This document shows, piece after piece, positions 10,687 to 22,570 of a stretch of DNA of 64,000 nucleotides. Where the stretch lies: positions 3,100,001 through 3,164,000 of the forward strand of contig CAKKNE010000005.1 in the NCBI GenBank assembly GCA_918797485.1, read 5' to 3'. The notes beneath the pieces are model-generated. The model was not told the origin of the DNA. It did no database searches and saw only the letters and a program-made list of their open reading frames with translations. Origin of the DNA: Pelagomonas calceolata (Eukaryota). How positions within the stretch are numbered: the first letter of the stretch is position 1; each line of letters opens with the position of its first letter. The position numbers and the translations under genes were made by a program.

Positions 10687-11751
10687 ATGCACGTCCGAGC
10701 TGGATTTGGCTGGCATTTGTGCCTGTTAAATGCGTGCGCTGCGCTTTCGCGCCGCGAATTGCTGCTGCGCCCGCCTGCAGCCGCTGGCTTGATCGCATTG
10801 CAGCCACACGCTGCCGCAGCGGCAGCAAAAGCACCAAGTCCGCAGCGATCATCTGCGTTGGATGCCGCAGGCTACGCTTACGCGCTCGTGCGCGCCGCGG
10901 ACGGCGGTCAGGTCGTCACGCTTGATCTCGATCGCACTCAGAGAGTGCGCAGTGCGGTCTACCTCTACGAGACGCGGGCGCAGGCCGACGCCGTGCGGAA
11001 AGCCGTCATGTCGGCGAGAGACAAAAAGGCAGCGCCGCTCGCTCTTGCGAAGGTCCCGCTGGGCGAGGCTGCGGCACTGGTCCTGGCGCCACCCGCGAAG
11101 CGCGAAGGCGTGCCGGGGTATTTCTGCCACCGGCTGTTGGTCGAGCAGTCGCGGCTCGCGGCCGCGAGAAAAATAACGGGCATCAGCGACCTCGGCGACC
11201 GGTTCCTTCCCCTGTTTTATGTGGACGACTGTGTGGAAATCAAACAGTGCGTCGGGTGCACCTGGCTCGGTCAAGCGGCGAGGAACCGGCATCGCCACGC
11301 CATCGAGCAGGCGTCGCGTCGATGGTGTGGAGGCCGACGCGACGATTCAGCACGAACGCCCCGTAAAATTTTGATTCCCACACAGGTCGACGACGACACG
11401 GGTTCGCGCGAGGCTTCCGGAGGCGTGCAAGCCTTCTTCGACCCGAAGGCCGCAGAGCTCGTACGAAAGGAGGCCACGACCTGCAGCGATCGGCGCGCGG
11501 CTGCCTGCCAGGCATACGACGAGTCCGGAAGGAAGCGTGCGTTCACCGTTCGCGAGGCCGACGCGTTCGTCCTTCTCCGCAAAGGCGGCCTAGACGAGCT
11601 GGACCTCGTGCCTTCCACGACGATGGCAGCGGACGGTTCGAAGAGCGATGGCCTCGTTGCCCTCGACGACTCGGCGCCCCTCGAGGTCGTGCTCGAGCTC
11701 GAGTGCGACGTCGCGAACTCGAATTGTGTGATCTCTAAGATAAAACGATAG
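10687..11751 (+). CDS. Putative plastid-targeted protein, possibly Tic22-like; join(10687..11220,11386..11751)
   Basis: Signal-like N-terminus followed by LSRRELL; V.LGEA / FLPLFYV / AFFD pattern loosely recalls Tic22; the ORF reads through an in-frame 165-bp intron. Confidence 0.55.
   Translation: MHVRAGFGWHLCLLNACAALSRRELLLRPPAAAGLIALQPHAAAAAAKAPSPQRSSALDAAGYAYALVRAADGGQVVTLDLDRTQRVRSAVYLYETRAQADAVRKAVMSARDKKAAPLALAKVPLGEAAALVLAPPAKREGVPGYFCHRLLVEQSRLAAARKITGISDLGDRFLPLFYVDDCVEIKQCVGCTWLGQAARNRHRHAIEQASRRWCGGRRDDSARTPRKILIPTQVDDDTGSREASGGVQAFFDPKAAELVRKEATTCSDRRAAACQAYDESGRKRAFTVREADAFVLLRKGGLDELDLVPSTTMAADGSKSDGLVALDDSAPLEVVLELECDVANSNCVISKIKR
11221..11385 (+). mobile_element. Introner element (165-bp intron) with TIR and TSD
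   Basis: TSD GTGGACGA (11221-28) / GTCGACGA (11386-93); TIR CTGTGTGGAAATCAAA...TTTGATTCCCACACAG (15/16 match). Confidence 0.92.
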
Positions 11752-12079
11752 TATTTTTTGCAAAAACGCGACTCCTTGGTGTCTTCCGGGCAACGCCCAG
11801 CTGCGGCAACGACGTACGATGCGAGCAAGCCGCTTGCTAGTGCCTTACATGCCGCTAGTCCACAGGATTATTTTGCCAAGCCCTAGGCGTCGGCCCCTAC
11901 GCGCAGCGCACGTTGGGCTACGGGAAGCAAGACCTCTCTCTGTGCTCGCGCGCGTTGCGTTCCGGCAGTTCCGAGAAGCTGTGCGAAGCGCGAGCAGCCT
12001 TTGCAAGCAAAACCCCTCTCACAGCCAATTGGATAAAAGCGCTAGCTCGACAGCGCCAAAACACGCCGTCGAAGCGAAA

Positions 12080-12892
12080 ATGAGCTACCACTTCGTCACC
12101 GGCGATTTCACGCCGCAGAAGGTCTTCCTGCCGGACAAGGAGTACGGCCTCGCGCTCGACGCCCTCGTCAAGGGCTGCGCGGATGTCCTGTTGACGCGGG
12201 GCGAGGGCGCGTCGCTGCGCATTTTACTGGGAAAGCGCAAGGTGGAACCGCAGCCGGACTGGTGGTTCGTCGGTGGCAGGACGCGGCCCGGCGACACGCC
12301 GGCCGAGGGCGCGGCGCGGAACGTGAAGCGGGAGCTCGGCCTCGCGATCGAAACGCGGCGCTTCGTCCACGTCAACACCTACTCCTTCGTCTGGAACTAC
12401 CGCCAGCAGGCGCCGACGACGAACGGCACGGCGGACGCCTCGACGGTCTTCGAGCTGCCCCTTACACAAGCGGAGGCCGACGGGTTGGGACCCTCAAAGT
12501 TTGATGAGAAGGAGTACGCCGACGCGGCCTGGGTCGGGCCCCTCGACATCCTGGAGGGCGACTACCATCCCGCCCTGCAGCAGGCGGTGCGCGACTTGTT
12601 GGCGCAGCGCGCTTATAGGGACCTGCGGAACGTTTCAGGCGGCCCGCCGGCGGCCGTGGCGCGGTGCGCGCGCCGCTTTGTGGCATGGAAGGAGGCGGCG
12701 CCGCTGCGCGCCTGTAAAGTGCGGTTCGTCGACGGGAGCTATCAGTTTGTTGGCACGGACGGCGCTCGCGTGCCGCGGCCGACGAAGGCGTCGCCGTCAT
12801 TAGCACGGCCGCCCCTATTTGCGCTGCGCGACGTCGCCTTCTACGCGTCGATCGCGGCGGTCGCGTTCGTGGCCGGGCGGCGGTCGAAGTAA
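12080..12892 (+). CDS. Nudix hydrolase (GDP-mannose mannosyl hydrolase-like)
   Basis: ILLGKRKVEPQPDWWFVGGRTRPGDTPAEGAARNVKRELGL is a variant Nudix box; hydrophobic C-terminal tail. Confidence 0.8.
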   Translation: MSYHFVTGDFTPQKVFLPDKEYGLALDALVKGCADVLLTRGEGASLRILLGKRKVEPQPDWWFVGGRTRPGDTPAEGAARNVKRELGLAIETRRFVHVNTYSFVWNYRQQAPTTNGTADASTVFELPLTQAEADGLGPSKFDEKEYADAAWVGPLDILEGDYHPALQQAVRDLLAQRAYRDLRNVSGGPPAAVARCARRFVAWKEAAPLRACKVRFVDGSYQFVGTDGARVPRPTKASPSLARPPLFALRDVAFYASIAAVAFVAGRRSK

Positions 12893-13007
12893 CCTTGGTC
12901 GCGTGAACAGGGATCCGGCGCGGCGGTCGAAGGGGGGATACGGCGAGCGGGCACTTCTGTGCGCCCAAAATCGGAAAGTCTAACTGTCTATTGAGTACAC
13001 TTACAGT

Positions 13008-15062
13008 TCAGGAGCTCTCGTACGCGTCGTAGCGGCAAGCTTCGCCACGCACGGTCTTGCCCTGGATCGTCGCCGCGACGCGGACGCGGCCGTTGTTCCG
13101 GGCGCTGTCGAGGGCGTACGGCGCCGCGGAGGCTTCTTTGACCGTCAGGCGCATGTGCTCCTTTTTGGCGTGCATCATGCGGACGAACCCCGCGCGAATG
13201 ACTGCCTCGCGCTGGGCGTCGTCCAACGCGTCCCACCAGAGGTCCTTGTTCACCTCGAGCACCGGGCCGTGCTGCGGCGGCGTCCACTTGCCGACCTTGA
13301 CCGTGCCGTTCTCGACCTTGAACGTCGCGTTCTCCCACTGGCGCAGGTCATCCTTGATGGCCTCGAGCGCCGCATCCTGGTCCTTCAGTTCAAGCGAGCA
13401 CTCCTTGATCGCGATGGCTAGATCTAAATCGGGCGGCACCTCGTTGTCGCGGTCGCGCTGGCCCCGGAACGTGATGCGCACCACGGCCTTCTTCTCCGGC
13501 TTCAGTAGACCGTTCGGATCCTCGAAGATGAGCGGCGGCAGACCCTCTTCGTCATCGTCGCCGCCCTTGGCATCTTGCGCCGCCTCGGCCCGCCGGCAGA
13601 CCTCGAGGGTGCCGGCCATGCCGCCACCAGCGTCGACAAAGATCTGCTCCGCGTCTTCGGGGCGATATTGCGGGCCGCCGCCGCTGCTGGCGCCGGGCGA
13701 CTTGAACGAGGACCGGACGCCCGCGGGCTCGAGCACCTTGTCCAGCGCCGCGCGCTCCTCGTCGGAAATGCCGTACACGCCCGCCTCGAGCGCCCGCGGC
13801 CGGCCGGCCGACGCGTTCGTCACGGACAGCATCACGTGCGCGTCGCCCGGGTCCTCGCCTAGCGCTTCTTCCGTCACGTCTTCGGCGCGCAGCAATGCCT
13901 TCTTCGCGGTGGCCGTGGCTTCGTGGCCGCCGAGCGCCTCGTCGACGGTCGTGACCCCCGGCTCCGGTTCGGCGGGGGCTTCGTCGTCATCGATGATCAT
14001 CGCGTGCACGGGCGCCGCGGCCGGCGCGGCCATGAGCTGGACGTCGTCGTCGTCCATTGCGCCGCCGCCTCCACCGCCGCCGCCGAAGGGGGCCGGGATG
14101 AGCGGCGCGTAATCCTGCTCCTCGGTCTGCATCGCGAGGCCGGCGTCGGGCGCCGCGCGCGGCGCCGCTCTTCGAGCAGCGTAGACCCGGTGCCAGGTCG
14201 ACGCGTCGTCGGCGAGCGCCGCGAGCGTGCTGGACGTCTGGAAGACCGCGCTCAGCGACTTGATATCGAGTGCACCTAGCAACTCGGCCTTGCGCTTGAT
14301 GAGCACGCACTCGACGATGTTCTTCGGCAGCACGCTGGCCGTCCCCGCGGACGGCACCTCGGCCGCCGGCGCCGGAGCCGTCAGCGCCGCCAGCACGCTC
14401 GCCGACACGGGCCCGCGCAGCGTCGCGACGGGCTCGTCCGCGGCGTCGCCCGCTACTGGGTTCTCGGGCTCCGCGAGCTCGTCGAACGCCTCGGGCTCGT
14501 CGGCGGCGCGCAGGGCAGCCATGGCGGCGTCCGCGGCCGCGGCGGCCTCCTTGGCATCGGCTTCCTCGGCCGTCTCCTTGCGCTTGAGCGCCTCCTTGGC
14601 CGCGTCGGCCAGGGCCTTCGGGAGCTTGTCGAAGACGCGCTTGAGGCGCTTTTTCTTCTCCTCGAGGTCCTTGACGCGGCACCAGAGCGCCACGGCCGCC
14701 GTCGCGGTCTTGGTCTGGAGCTCCTTCTCCTCGTCGTCCGCGGCCGGCGGCGCCGGCTTCTTGCGCTTCGGCGGCGGCTTCGGGGCGGGAGCCGGCTTGC
14801 GCTTGGCCGGCTGCGGCTTCGGTCGCGGCTCGAGCTCGACCGGCTTCTTTTCGACCTTGACTGCCTCGCGTTTGACTTCGGGCGCGGGCGCTGGCTTCGT
14901 CTTCTTGCGCGCCACGGGCCGCGGCGGCGGGCTCTCGTCCTCGGACTCGGAGGTCGCGAGCGGGTCGGCGGCTGAGTAGCGCCGCTTGGGCTTCTTCTTC
15001 GCTATCGGGCGCGGCGACGGCGCGTCGCTGTCGTCGCTGTCGCTGGTGAGGCCGCGGACCAT
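13008..15062 (-). CDS. Hypothetical protein (basic/coiled-coil N-terminus)
   Basis: 684-aa ORF with strong GC3 bias; no family recognised. Confidence 0.7.
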   Translation of the reverse strand: MVRGLTSDSDDSDAPSPRPIAKKKPKRRYSAADPLATSESEDESPPPRPVARKKTKPAPAPEVKREAVKVEKKPVELEPRPKPQPAKRKPAPAPKPPPKRKKPAPPAADDEEKELQTKTATAAVALWCRVKDLEEKKKRLKRVFDKLPKALADAAKEALKRKETAEEADAKEAAAAADAAMAALRAADEPEAFDELAEPENPVAGDAADEPVATLRGPVSASVLAALTAPAPAAEVPSAGTASVLPKNIVECVLIKRKAELLGALDIKSLSAVFQTSSTLAALADDASTWHRVYAARRAAPRAAPDAGLAMQTEEQDYAPLIPAPFGGGGGGGGAMDDDDVQLMAAPAAAPVHAMIIDDDEAPAEPEPGVTTVDEALGGHEATATAKKALLRAEDVTEEALGEDPGDAHVMLSVTNASAGRPRALEAGVYGISDEERAALDKVLEPAGVRSSFKSPGASSGGGPQYRPEDAEQIFVDAGGGMAGTLEVCRRAEAAQDAKGGDDDEEGLPPLIFEDPNGLLKPEKKAVVRITFRGQRDRDNEVPPDLDLAIAIKECSLELKDQDAALEAIKDDLRQWENATFKVENGTVKVGKWTPPQHGPVLEVNKDLWWDALDDAQREAVIRAGFVRMMHAKKEHMRLTVKEASAAPYALDSARNNGRVRVAATIQGKTVRGEACRYDAYESS

Positions 15063-15525
15063 TTTTACGCGGCGCGCCGGCGGACGGAGCGGTTTTGCGC
15101 TGGGCAGAGTTTTGATTGATGCGCAGCGGTGGGGACGGCGGCGACCCAGAAAAGCTACAGCGCCCAGTTAACAGCGCACTTTTGCTTTTGCGCACCTCAA
15201 CTCGTGTGTGGCGCTTGTCTGTGACTCAATCCGCAATGCCAGAGACCAATCTCGATTCTAGTGTGTTGATGCCTCTAGTGTGTTGATACCGCTAGCTAAT
15301 AATGCACTGCCGGGCTAGTTTTTGGTGCGTTCGCGTCGATACGGCAGCAAGTCTCACATATTACTCGTCCAGCTGTCGCCCGAAGACCGCTGGCGCAGAG
15401 TATTGCAACATCACGCGGCGCTGATCACTGAACTCACCGCTGCAGCCTTGGCAGCCGTGCACAGCGTGCCGCCTCGCACGCCATCGACGCGACGGCTGCT
15501 CAAAAACAGGTATCCCTGGTAAAAG

Positions 15526-15786
15526 ATGAAGCTGGTAATCGAGCGCAACCGATTAGCCCACCTCGGAGTGCTGCTAAGCGTTAGCGCGGCCCTCGCGGAG
15601 ATTTTGCAGCGCTTCGACTTCAAGCCGCTAGCCGCGTACGGCTTCGCGGTGACCATGGTATGCCAAATTAATGGTGCCATCTTGCGCGAGTCTGAAAAGC
15701 GGGCAGAGCGCGCGGCCGCGGCCGAGGAAGCCGCGGCAGAGAAAGCGGCGTCGCGAGGCTCGAACCCGAAGAAGAAGAGACGATAA
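15526..15786 (+). CDS. Small two-TM membrane protein
   Basis: 86-aa ORF with two hydrophobic helices and a basic tail; preceded by a probable short 5'-UTR intron containing ACGCCATCGACGCG and ending AACAG at 15509. Confidence 0.55.
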   Translation: MKLVIERNRLAHLGVLLSVSAALAEILQRFDFKPLAAYGFAVTMVCQINGAILRESEKRAERAAAAEEAAAEKAASRGSNPKKKRR

Positions 15787-16613
15787 TGATGGGTAAGTTT
15801 CCAAATTAAATACACGGTCGATGTCAAGAGAGGGTCCCCGGAGGCGTGCTCCGCGCGTGTTAATAAACGCGCGGCGCGTGGTGTCAGCGCCCGTCGTCGT
15901 CGTCGTTGCTAATGACGACCGCGACGGCCGCGTCGCCCACGCACACGCCTACGGGCGCGGATTATCGTCCATCGTCATCTTTGTTGTCTCCCACGACCGC
16001 GATGACGGATGATGCGGAGGACGCCGCGAGCGCGCCGTCCAGAAGGGGCCGGCCGCCCAGCGCGAGCGGTGACGCCGACGACAGCAGCATCGGGGCCGCC
16101 TGTGCTGGCAGGTACTGGGCCACTGCGAGCGCTCGTCGGCGCGGCGGCGGGCGCCGCGCGTGCCGCGCCGCCACGCGCGTTGCAGCTCTGAGCATTGCCT
16201 TGTGTTTTTGCCGACTCCTTGGGCTTCCCGCGGCCTCGCGCGGACCACTGCAGTCAGTGCGTCCACAGCGGCCCAGTGTGCAGCCAGGCGTGGGACGCCT
16301 GCCGGCGGACCACGCGGCCGCTTCGAGCGGTCGCGTCGATGGCGTGGGTGTCCTCCCCGCGCCTCAGATACCAGTAGCGTCGGCGCGGGGCTTGCGGCAA
16401 AGTCGGGCTAGCGTCTTCGTAACACACTAGCAAAGCAGCCAGCCAGCCTGCCATTGCATGCGCTGTGCTGGCGCCACAACGAGGAAAACAACAAGTGATC
16501 ATAATTATTCGTCAGCCCGGGCACGCTGGGTCTCTGATCCAACGGCTTTTGCGCTGCTCGCCACGTGCGAGTGTGCTCAGCACTGCCACCCCTAGGGAAC
16601 GCGTGCGCACAGG

Positions 16614-18623
16614 ATGGCGCCAGTCCTCCCCTGGGTCCTCGACGGCATCTTGGCCAACGTGTCCCAGGGCACGGCGCTAGCGACCTATTTCTTCATCGAT
16701 CCCTGGAATTTACAAGCAGTAGCTTTGTTCTCGGCGACGACGCAAGTTTTATTCTACTTCTTACAGAGGCCGCCGGTGTGGATTTTTGTGTTCTGGAACG
16801 TGCTGCAGTTCTGCATCAACACGGTGCAGATCGTACGGTTGGCGGTCGATACGAGTGAAGTCCAGTTCGACGAGCGGGAGCTCCAGGCCCTGGCCTTGAC
16901 GCTGCACTGCTTCGACAGCGTGCCGAGTCGCAAGATCGCACGCGTGTTGCGAAGCGGGGAGTGGCTCCAGACAAAAAATGGAGACACCGTCTGTACGTTG
17001 GAAGACGGCGAGGGCGACCACGTGCACTTTGTAGTTGAAGGTACGGTAGAAGCCGTATCGCGCGACGGCCACGTCTGCTACCGCGCGGACACGGGCGGGT
17101 TCGTGGGCGAGGCGTCGTTGGCGCACGCCGTCTCCGGTACGTTACCAGATTATGATGCATTGGACGTGCCCGACGCGGCGCGCTGCGTGGCTCTGGGGGA
17201 CGTGCGGACGCTGCGGTGGCCCGTGCGGCGGCTGGCTCGGGTGTTGCGGCGCGACGCGGAGCTCTTGGACGCCTTCCGCGAGGCGCTGGCTCTAGATTTC
17301 TACGTGCGCGGCCGGCGTCCGTTTGTCGCGCGTCGATGGCGTCGCGGCGAGGCCTGGTACAGCTCGTACGCCATCGACGCGGCGAGAGCGTAGCGGCGAT
17401 GGCGACATTTAAACGCACAGGCCAAGCTAGAAAGAGAGGAGGCCGCCGCGCGCAAGAACGACCAGAGCCCCCCCAAAAGACCGTCCATCCGCCGCACGCC
17501 GCGCGCGCCCGAGACAACGTGCTGTCGCAAACCACCAGTAGTGAGGAGGACGCTCACGCCGCCGCAGTCCGCGTCGTCTAGACGCACAAGACGCCGCGAC
17601 GGCGTGAAAGCGGTCGCGGATTTTGTCACGGGTGCCCGGACCTCTTTGTATCGTCAGACGATGACGTACTCATCGATCGAGTCGCCTCCAACGAGGTACG
17701 AGGACGCGTCGCAGTCCGCGGCGGCCACGTCGCGACCGCGCGACGACCTATCGCTCAAAAAGGCGTACCAATACCGCGAAAAGATCGCTCGTTCATTGCG
17801 AAGCATGCTCTGCTGCGTCGTTGTGGGTGCTTCTATCTTCCTAGCGTACGACGACGGCGTCGGCTCCTTTTTAGGAAATGCGTCGCAGACGTTGGTGACG
17901 GGCGCCTTCGCGATCCAAGACCCTCTTAGATTAAACGTGGTAGCCGGCGTGGGCTCCTTGTTCCAAATATTGTTCTTCGTCATCAGAGACGAGCGCATCT
18001 GGTCGGCGATTTACTGGAGCGTGGCGCAATTAGGCTTGAATTTCTGGGCTATTTACAGATTGTACACGAAGCCGCTTGATTCAACACATGTCTTCGGGGA
18101 CAAACAGCTCTTCGTGGCACGCGTGCTGCAGCGCGCGGGCGGCCTGCACCTCTCTCCACCAGATCTGCACCAGTTGTTGTTGGGTGGGTCATTACTACCT
18201 CCCCCTGTATGGGATTACCTAGAACCAGGTGAACATATACCAGTGGACCGGGCCGCGTTGCTATGCAATGGGTCGGTCCTAGTGACGCGACCCGAGGACG
18301 GGTCGTCGCGCACCGCGCTGAGGGGCGCTTTATTACATTCCGACGTCGTCGCCAAGAAGCTGGACGCGTTGCCCCCGACGCCGAAGCCCCTCGCCAAGGG
18401 TCAATTGGTCAAGTCGCGGTCCTTCTCGTCCTTCAACGAGGAGCCCCCGACGACCTGCGCCGCGGCGGAGCCCTGCGAGGTGCTGAGCTGGGACGTCGAC
18501 GCCTTGGTCGAGTTCCTCCGTAAAAAACGGGACGTGCGCCTCTGCGTCAACGCGCTCATCGCGACGGCGAAGCTCGAGAGCTACATGCACCTCGACGCGA
18601 CGAATGAGCGCACGAAGTGGTGA
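16614..18623 (+). CDS. Popeye (POPDC)-like TM plus cNMP-binding protein, two tandem modules; join(16614..17303,17421..18623) or two genes
   Basis: Each module has 3-4 TM helices (..FWN..Q..IN..QI / YWSVAQLGLNFWAI), then a cNMP-like barrel (FVVEGTVE, GGFVGE; LLCNGSVLV, CEVLSWD) and a terminal AKLE helix. Removing intron 17304-17420 gives one open frame. Confidence 0.65.
17304..17420 (+). mobile_element. Degenerate introner-like intron (117 bp)
   Basis: GTGCGC...CGCACAG with the CGCGTCGATGGCGT/ACGCCATCGACGCG inverted pair; contains the in-frame stop of ORF 16614. Confidence 0.75.
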
Positions 18624-19130
18624 CTGTTGTACTAGTAAGTGAAAGTGTGTGATTACGCGGTGTCGTCGTCGGGGTAGTAGTGCTTGCGGTCCGCGCCGAA
18701 CTTCGGCGACTTGCTCTTGGACCGGAGGCCGAGCCACTTCGTGCCGCCCGAGATGCGCGAGCGCAGGCTCCGCGCCTTGCCGTCGGCGAGCGGGTCCGGA
18801 CCGGTGTTGTTCGCGAGCCTTGTCAGCACGCCGACGACGTGGCCGGCCGTGCATCTGACGCTCTGGTCAAAGTGCCAGGCCGTCGCGAGCAGCTCGCTCA
18901 GAGCAATCGAGTCTATCCCTGAGTCTATTTGTCACGGCGACGCGCCCACCACCACCACACGTCTCTAGTCGAACGTGCGCGAGCCCGCAGGGCCACGGCG
19001 ACGGTAGCAGCCGAGCTAGGTGAGCGATTCCAATGCGAAAAATCACTCGGGAGGCAAATGCAAAACCCCCCACTCGGATGTCTGACAACAGCCGGATGCG
19101 CCCTCACTACTCGATAAAACACGCCATACA

Positions 19131-21049
19131 TTAATCGCTATCCGCTTCGCTCCCCGTCGCCAACCTATGAGCCAACGCCGCGGCGCGGCGCTCGGCCCTT
19201 TTTGAGACCCACGCCTCCGTGTGCCAATCTAAATTCATCACGGGCCGTCTCACCTCCTCGGGCACCTCGAAGTACCTTTCGGCAAGAAACTGGTGCGGCC
19301 GGAAGAAGGGCCGATGCGAGCGTTGTACAGAAGGCGTCGACAATCCGCCATAAGGCAAGAAGAGCGACGGCACCCTAACGACAAGATCAAAGTCCTCCGG
19401 AGGCGGTTCATTTGGATACAAGCCGGCGATCCACCTCACGCGATCGACGTCGGCGTACGTCCGTTTCGGCCGCGGATCCACGATCTTCAACGGAGGCGGC
19501 GGCAGCTTCGGCTCCTTGCGCTGCTGTTCTATTGTAGGCGCCAAAAACTTCTCCTTCTCGGGCTTGGGGATCGGTTCCGGTTCTTCGTCCGACGAATCCG
19601 CTCCGTGATCGATGACCATCCCGACAGCTTCTGGAGGTTTATACGGTTCAGCAGGCTTCGGCGGCGCCGGTCGACGTATTGGTAGAGCTGCAACTAACGG
19701 CGCGCCCGGCTCCAGATCGACCAACAGCCGCCAGCCGATCGTATCGACCAGACCGTCGACGACCTCCAATCGTACATTGGGCTGGTCGTGGCGCACTAAT
19801 CTCCGAGTACGAGAATCTTTGACCGAGAAGCAGACGTCTCCGACAATCTCAAAGTCCTCACCCACACCTTCGCACCCGAACGTGCCCGGATCTCGCAATA
19901 CGTCGCCCGCTTTCAGTGATAAACGAGCCACGCAGGCGTCCTTCGCGCAGCCCGTCGCGGCGTCGAGCTTCGTGACGAGCTCGTCGAAGTTGTGGGAAAA
20001 GGCAGGCTGTTCCATTGGTTTTGCTGGTAACAATGCGTAGACCTCTTCAGAATTCGCGAAGTTGCCGACGCGCTTTTGCGGTTGTTTCGGCTTTGGTGGG
20101 GGCGGTATTTGGTCGGGCGACTCGGGCGACGGGTCGAAGACGATGCGCCGCTTCTTGCCCCGCGTTCTACTTTCAACAACGATGCCGCGGCCGTCGGCGT
20201 CGACGACCTCGATTGTCTTTTTTTTGGGCGCGCGCGCCGCCTTCGGGACGCACTTGTCCCGGACGCTGAGCCAGCACTCATCTAATTTCGCCGCGTCGAG
20301 CGTGCAGTAGCCCCGCCTGCGTGTGGCACGCTCGACGCCGTCGACGCGACGCGATGGCGTACGACACTCGCATCAGCCTCCACGCCGTCGACGCGGCGGA
20401 CGATCGAGAGGACGCCGCGGCGGACTGCACGTCGTACTTGAGGTGGCCCCAGTTGCCTTTTCGGGAGAAGAACTCGTCGACCGTCGTGGCCGTCATGTAC
20501 TGGTCGTAGTCCAACACAGAGTTCGACGTGTTCCCGCGCGCTCTTTTTGGATTGGGCGACACGAACGCGCAGGGCACGCGCGCCGCGCGCAGGGCCTGGC
20601 CCAGCTCCTTGGGCCAGTCCGTGGGTTTGGCTGGTAGATCCAAGCCCTCCATCGTCGCCGGCGGCTCCACTTCCTCGGCCGGCGCAGCGGTCACTTGCAC
20701 CGCGGGCGCGGCGGCGGCGGGCTTCTTCCTTTCTTTGACCTCGACGAGCGGCGCGTCTTCCGAATACTTCTGCTTGGCGGCATCGTCCAACGCGTTCCAC
20801 ATATCAGCCAACTTCTTCATGACGGCCTGGCTCTTTTCTTGCGTCGAGAGCTCGGGCGCCTCGGCCTCGACGGCCGCCCGCGCCGCCTCCCGCTGCTGGG
20901 CGTTGTGGTAGATGTAGCCCGACTGCTTCTTCATCTTCGGCTTGGCGTCTGGTGGTGGCACCGGTCTCGGACTGCTTGGCGGCCCGCGGGCCTTGCCGCA
21001 CGTGTGCTTCGAGTGGGCGCCGCGGCACGCGCGGCAGTCATCTGTTGTG

Positions 21050-21080
<31 letters not shown>

Positions 21081-21441
21081 CGACGGGCGTCGCCACGGCC
21101 GGCGCGACGGCGGGCGCGAGCGCCGCGGACAGGGGCGAGATCGGCGGCGCCGCGGGCGCGGGCGCGAGCGCCGGCATGCCGAGTTTCGCGCGCGACGCTT
21201 CCGTGAGACTGTCCCGCACCTCGGACAACTCGAGGTCCACCTCGAAGCCCGGCGTCGCGCCGTCGACATAGCGGACGCGGAAGAGGGGCACGGGCTCGCC
21301 GAAGAAATCCGTGCGGTCGCTTTTCGCCGCCGGCAGCCACGCCACGACCTCCGCCGTCGACCTGCCTCGTGCGGTCACCAAGCTGAGGGAGAGACCATGA
21401 TACATGGAGCCATCGGTCTGCCAGCCCGGCGGCAATTCCAT
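19131..21441 (-). CDS. HMG-box chromatin protein, join(complement 20426..21441, 19131..20316), 733 aa
   Basis: HMG box KPKMKKQSGYIYH...VMKKLADMWNALDDAAKQKY. Splicing 20317-20425 gives LKYDVQ|RGYCTL and fuses ORFs 20278 and 19131 in frame. Confidence 0.8.
20317..20425 (-). mobile_element. Degenerate introner-like intron (109 bp)
   Basis: GTCCGC...CCACACGCAG with CGCGTCGACGGCGTGGAGG core; its removal restores the frame. Confidence 0.75.
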
Positions 21442-21869
21442 CGCTACGCGCTCGGTTTTCAAACAAGCTCTGTCAACCGGGTAGCTCTGCCGGCTAGCAG
21501 CGGCGACAGCGGTGGCCGGGAGGCCGGAAGCGTTGTCTCAGCTGTGAAAGAGATACTACAGCGTGCAGCACGCTGGGATTGACGACGTCTACGCGCGAGA
21601 TTGGGCTCAGACTTGGTCGTCTGCTTGCTCGCTAGTGTCTTACCGGTCGCTAGCTATTCGAAGCGTTCGGGGTCCGTACTACCTGGGGGTGGGCACAATA
21701 AGCATCTCTCTCTCCGGAAGTATGGACAAGATATGATTATCATTGTGTCCTCTAATAGTAGTAGGGGGTGCATTTGATTCAATCGACGTCAACGGCATGA
21801 CGATATGACGGCAATCGCGCGGCGGGCGGCCATCGTCGAGTCGACGTCGACCGCGCGCGGCCGACCTCG

Positions 21870-22322
21870 TCAACTAAAGGAAATATTGCCATCTGTTACG
21901 GCCGATTGGGGAGGCATGAAGAGTCACAATCTATTCTCCGCGAGTGCTACACGAGGCTCTTGAAACTGGCACCATCGGGCGAGCTCTTCTTTATTTTTGC
22001 CCAAAACCTTGCGACCTCGTTGAATGACACAGGACGTCACAAGGAAGCGACGTGGATTACAAAACGGCACCTACCCCAGGCGCGGTGCTGTCTCGGAGCA
22101 GAACATCGGATCACCTTAAAGCTTCGTCATATGTACGCATTGTCCCTTTTTGTAGATGACGGAGCATCCCGAGACGACATTGTCAAATCCTTGGCGATCT
22201 TGGAGGAGCTACATGCCAACGTACTGCAGATCTACGGTGCCTCAAATCCTTTTACCAATACTACACAGCGGAGCCTCGCAGAAGCGCGATCGAAGCTCGC
22301 GTTGTTCGACGCCAGGTCATAA
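21870..22322 (+). pseudogene. TPR-like helical-repeat gene fragment without a start codon
   Basis: KGNIAICYGRLGRHEES...LGAEHRITLKLR...YGASNPFT helical repeats; more AT-rich than its neighbours; no in-frame ATG found near the 5' end. Confidence 0.5.
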
Positions 22323-22493
22323 GACTACATATATCCCTAACATTAAAACGGCCACCAGATCACAGGGACATTGGGAATTCTCTGCGAGAGGCGCGAGCGA
22401 GCCGCGCTCCACAGCTCCGAGGCGCCGCCATAGACAGTAAAATGCACACATAACGCTTAGTCGTGGGGAGCGCCACGGGCTACGAAAGCCAGG

Positions 22494-22554
22494 ACCGAAG
22501 TAATCATCGGGCCCGCCACCCGGGAGTGGGGGCGGCGGACCGTCATCGCTCGGC
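22494..22554 (-). promoter_or_regulatory. SECIS element of the GPx gene
   Basis: Minus strand GCCGAG cg AUGAC GGUCCGCCGCC cccacucccg GGUGGCGGGCC CGAU gauuac UUCGGU: AUGA/GA core, 11-bp helix II, helix I; starts 16 nt after the stop. Confidence 0.8.
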
Positions 22555-22570
22555 GCCGGCCGTCGATCGC

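Noticed and set aside
13057..14979. Long antisense or alternative-frame ORFs (also 60347-61726, 47630-49372, 41629-42825)
   Set aside because: Shadow ORFs expected at high GC; they have Ser/Arg/Ala-rich composition and overlap better-supported genes.
15962..16195. 77-aa ORF with a mitochondrial-presequence-like N-terminus
   Set aside because: Too short and featureless to support as a gene, though a CTAG motif lies upstream.
18652..18930. Minus-strand coding-like stretch (IDSIALSELLATAWHF...YYPDDDTA)
   Set aside because: No start codon or clear splice acceptor found and no recognisable family; possibly a gene remnant.
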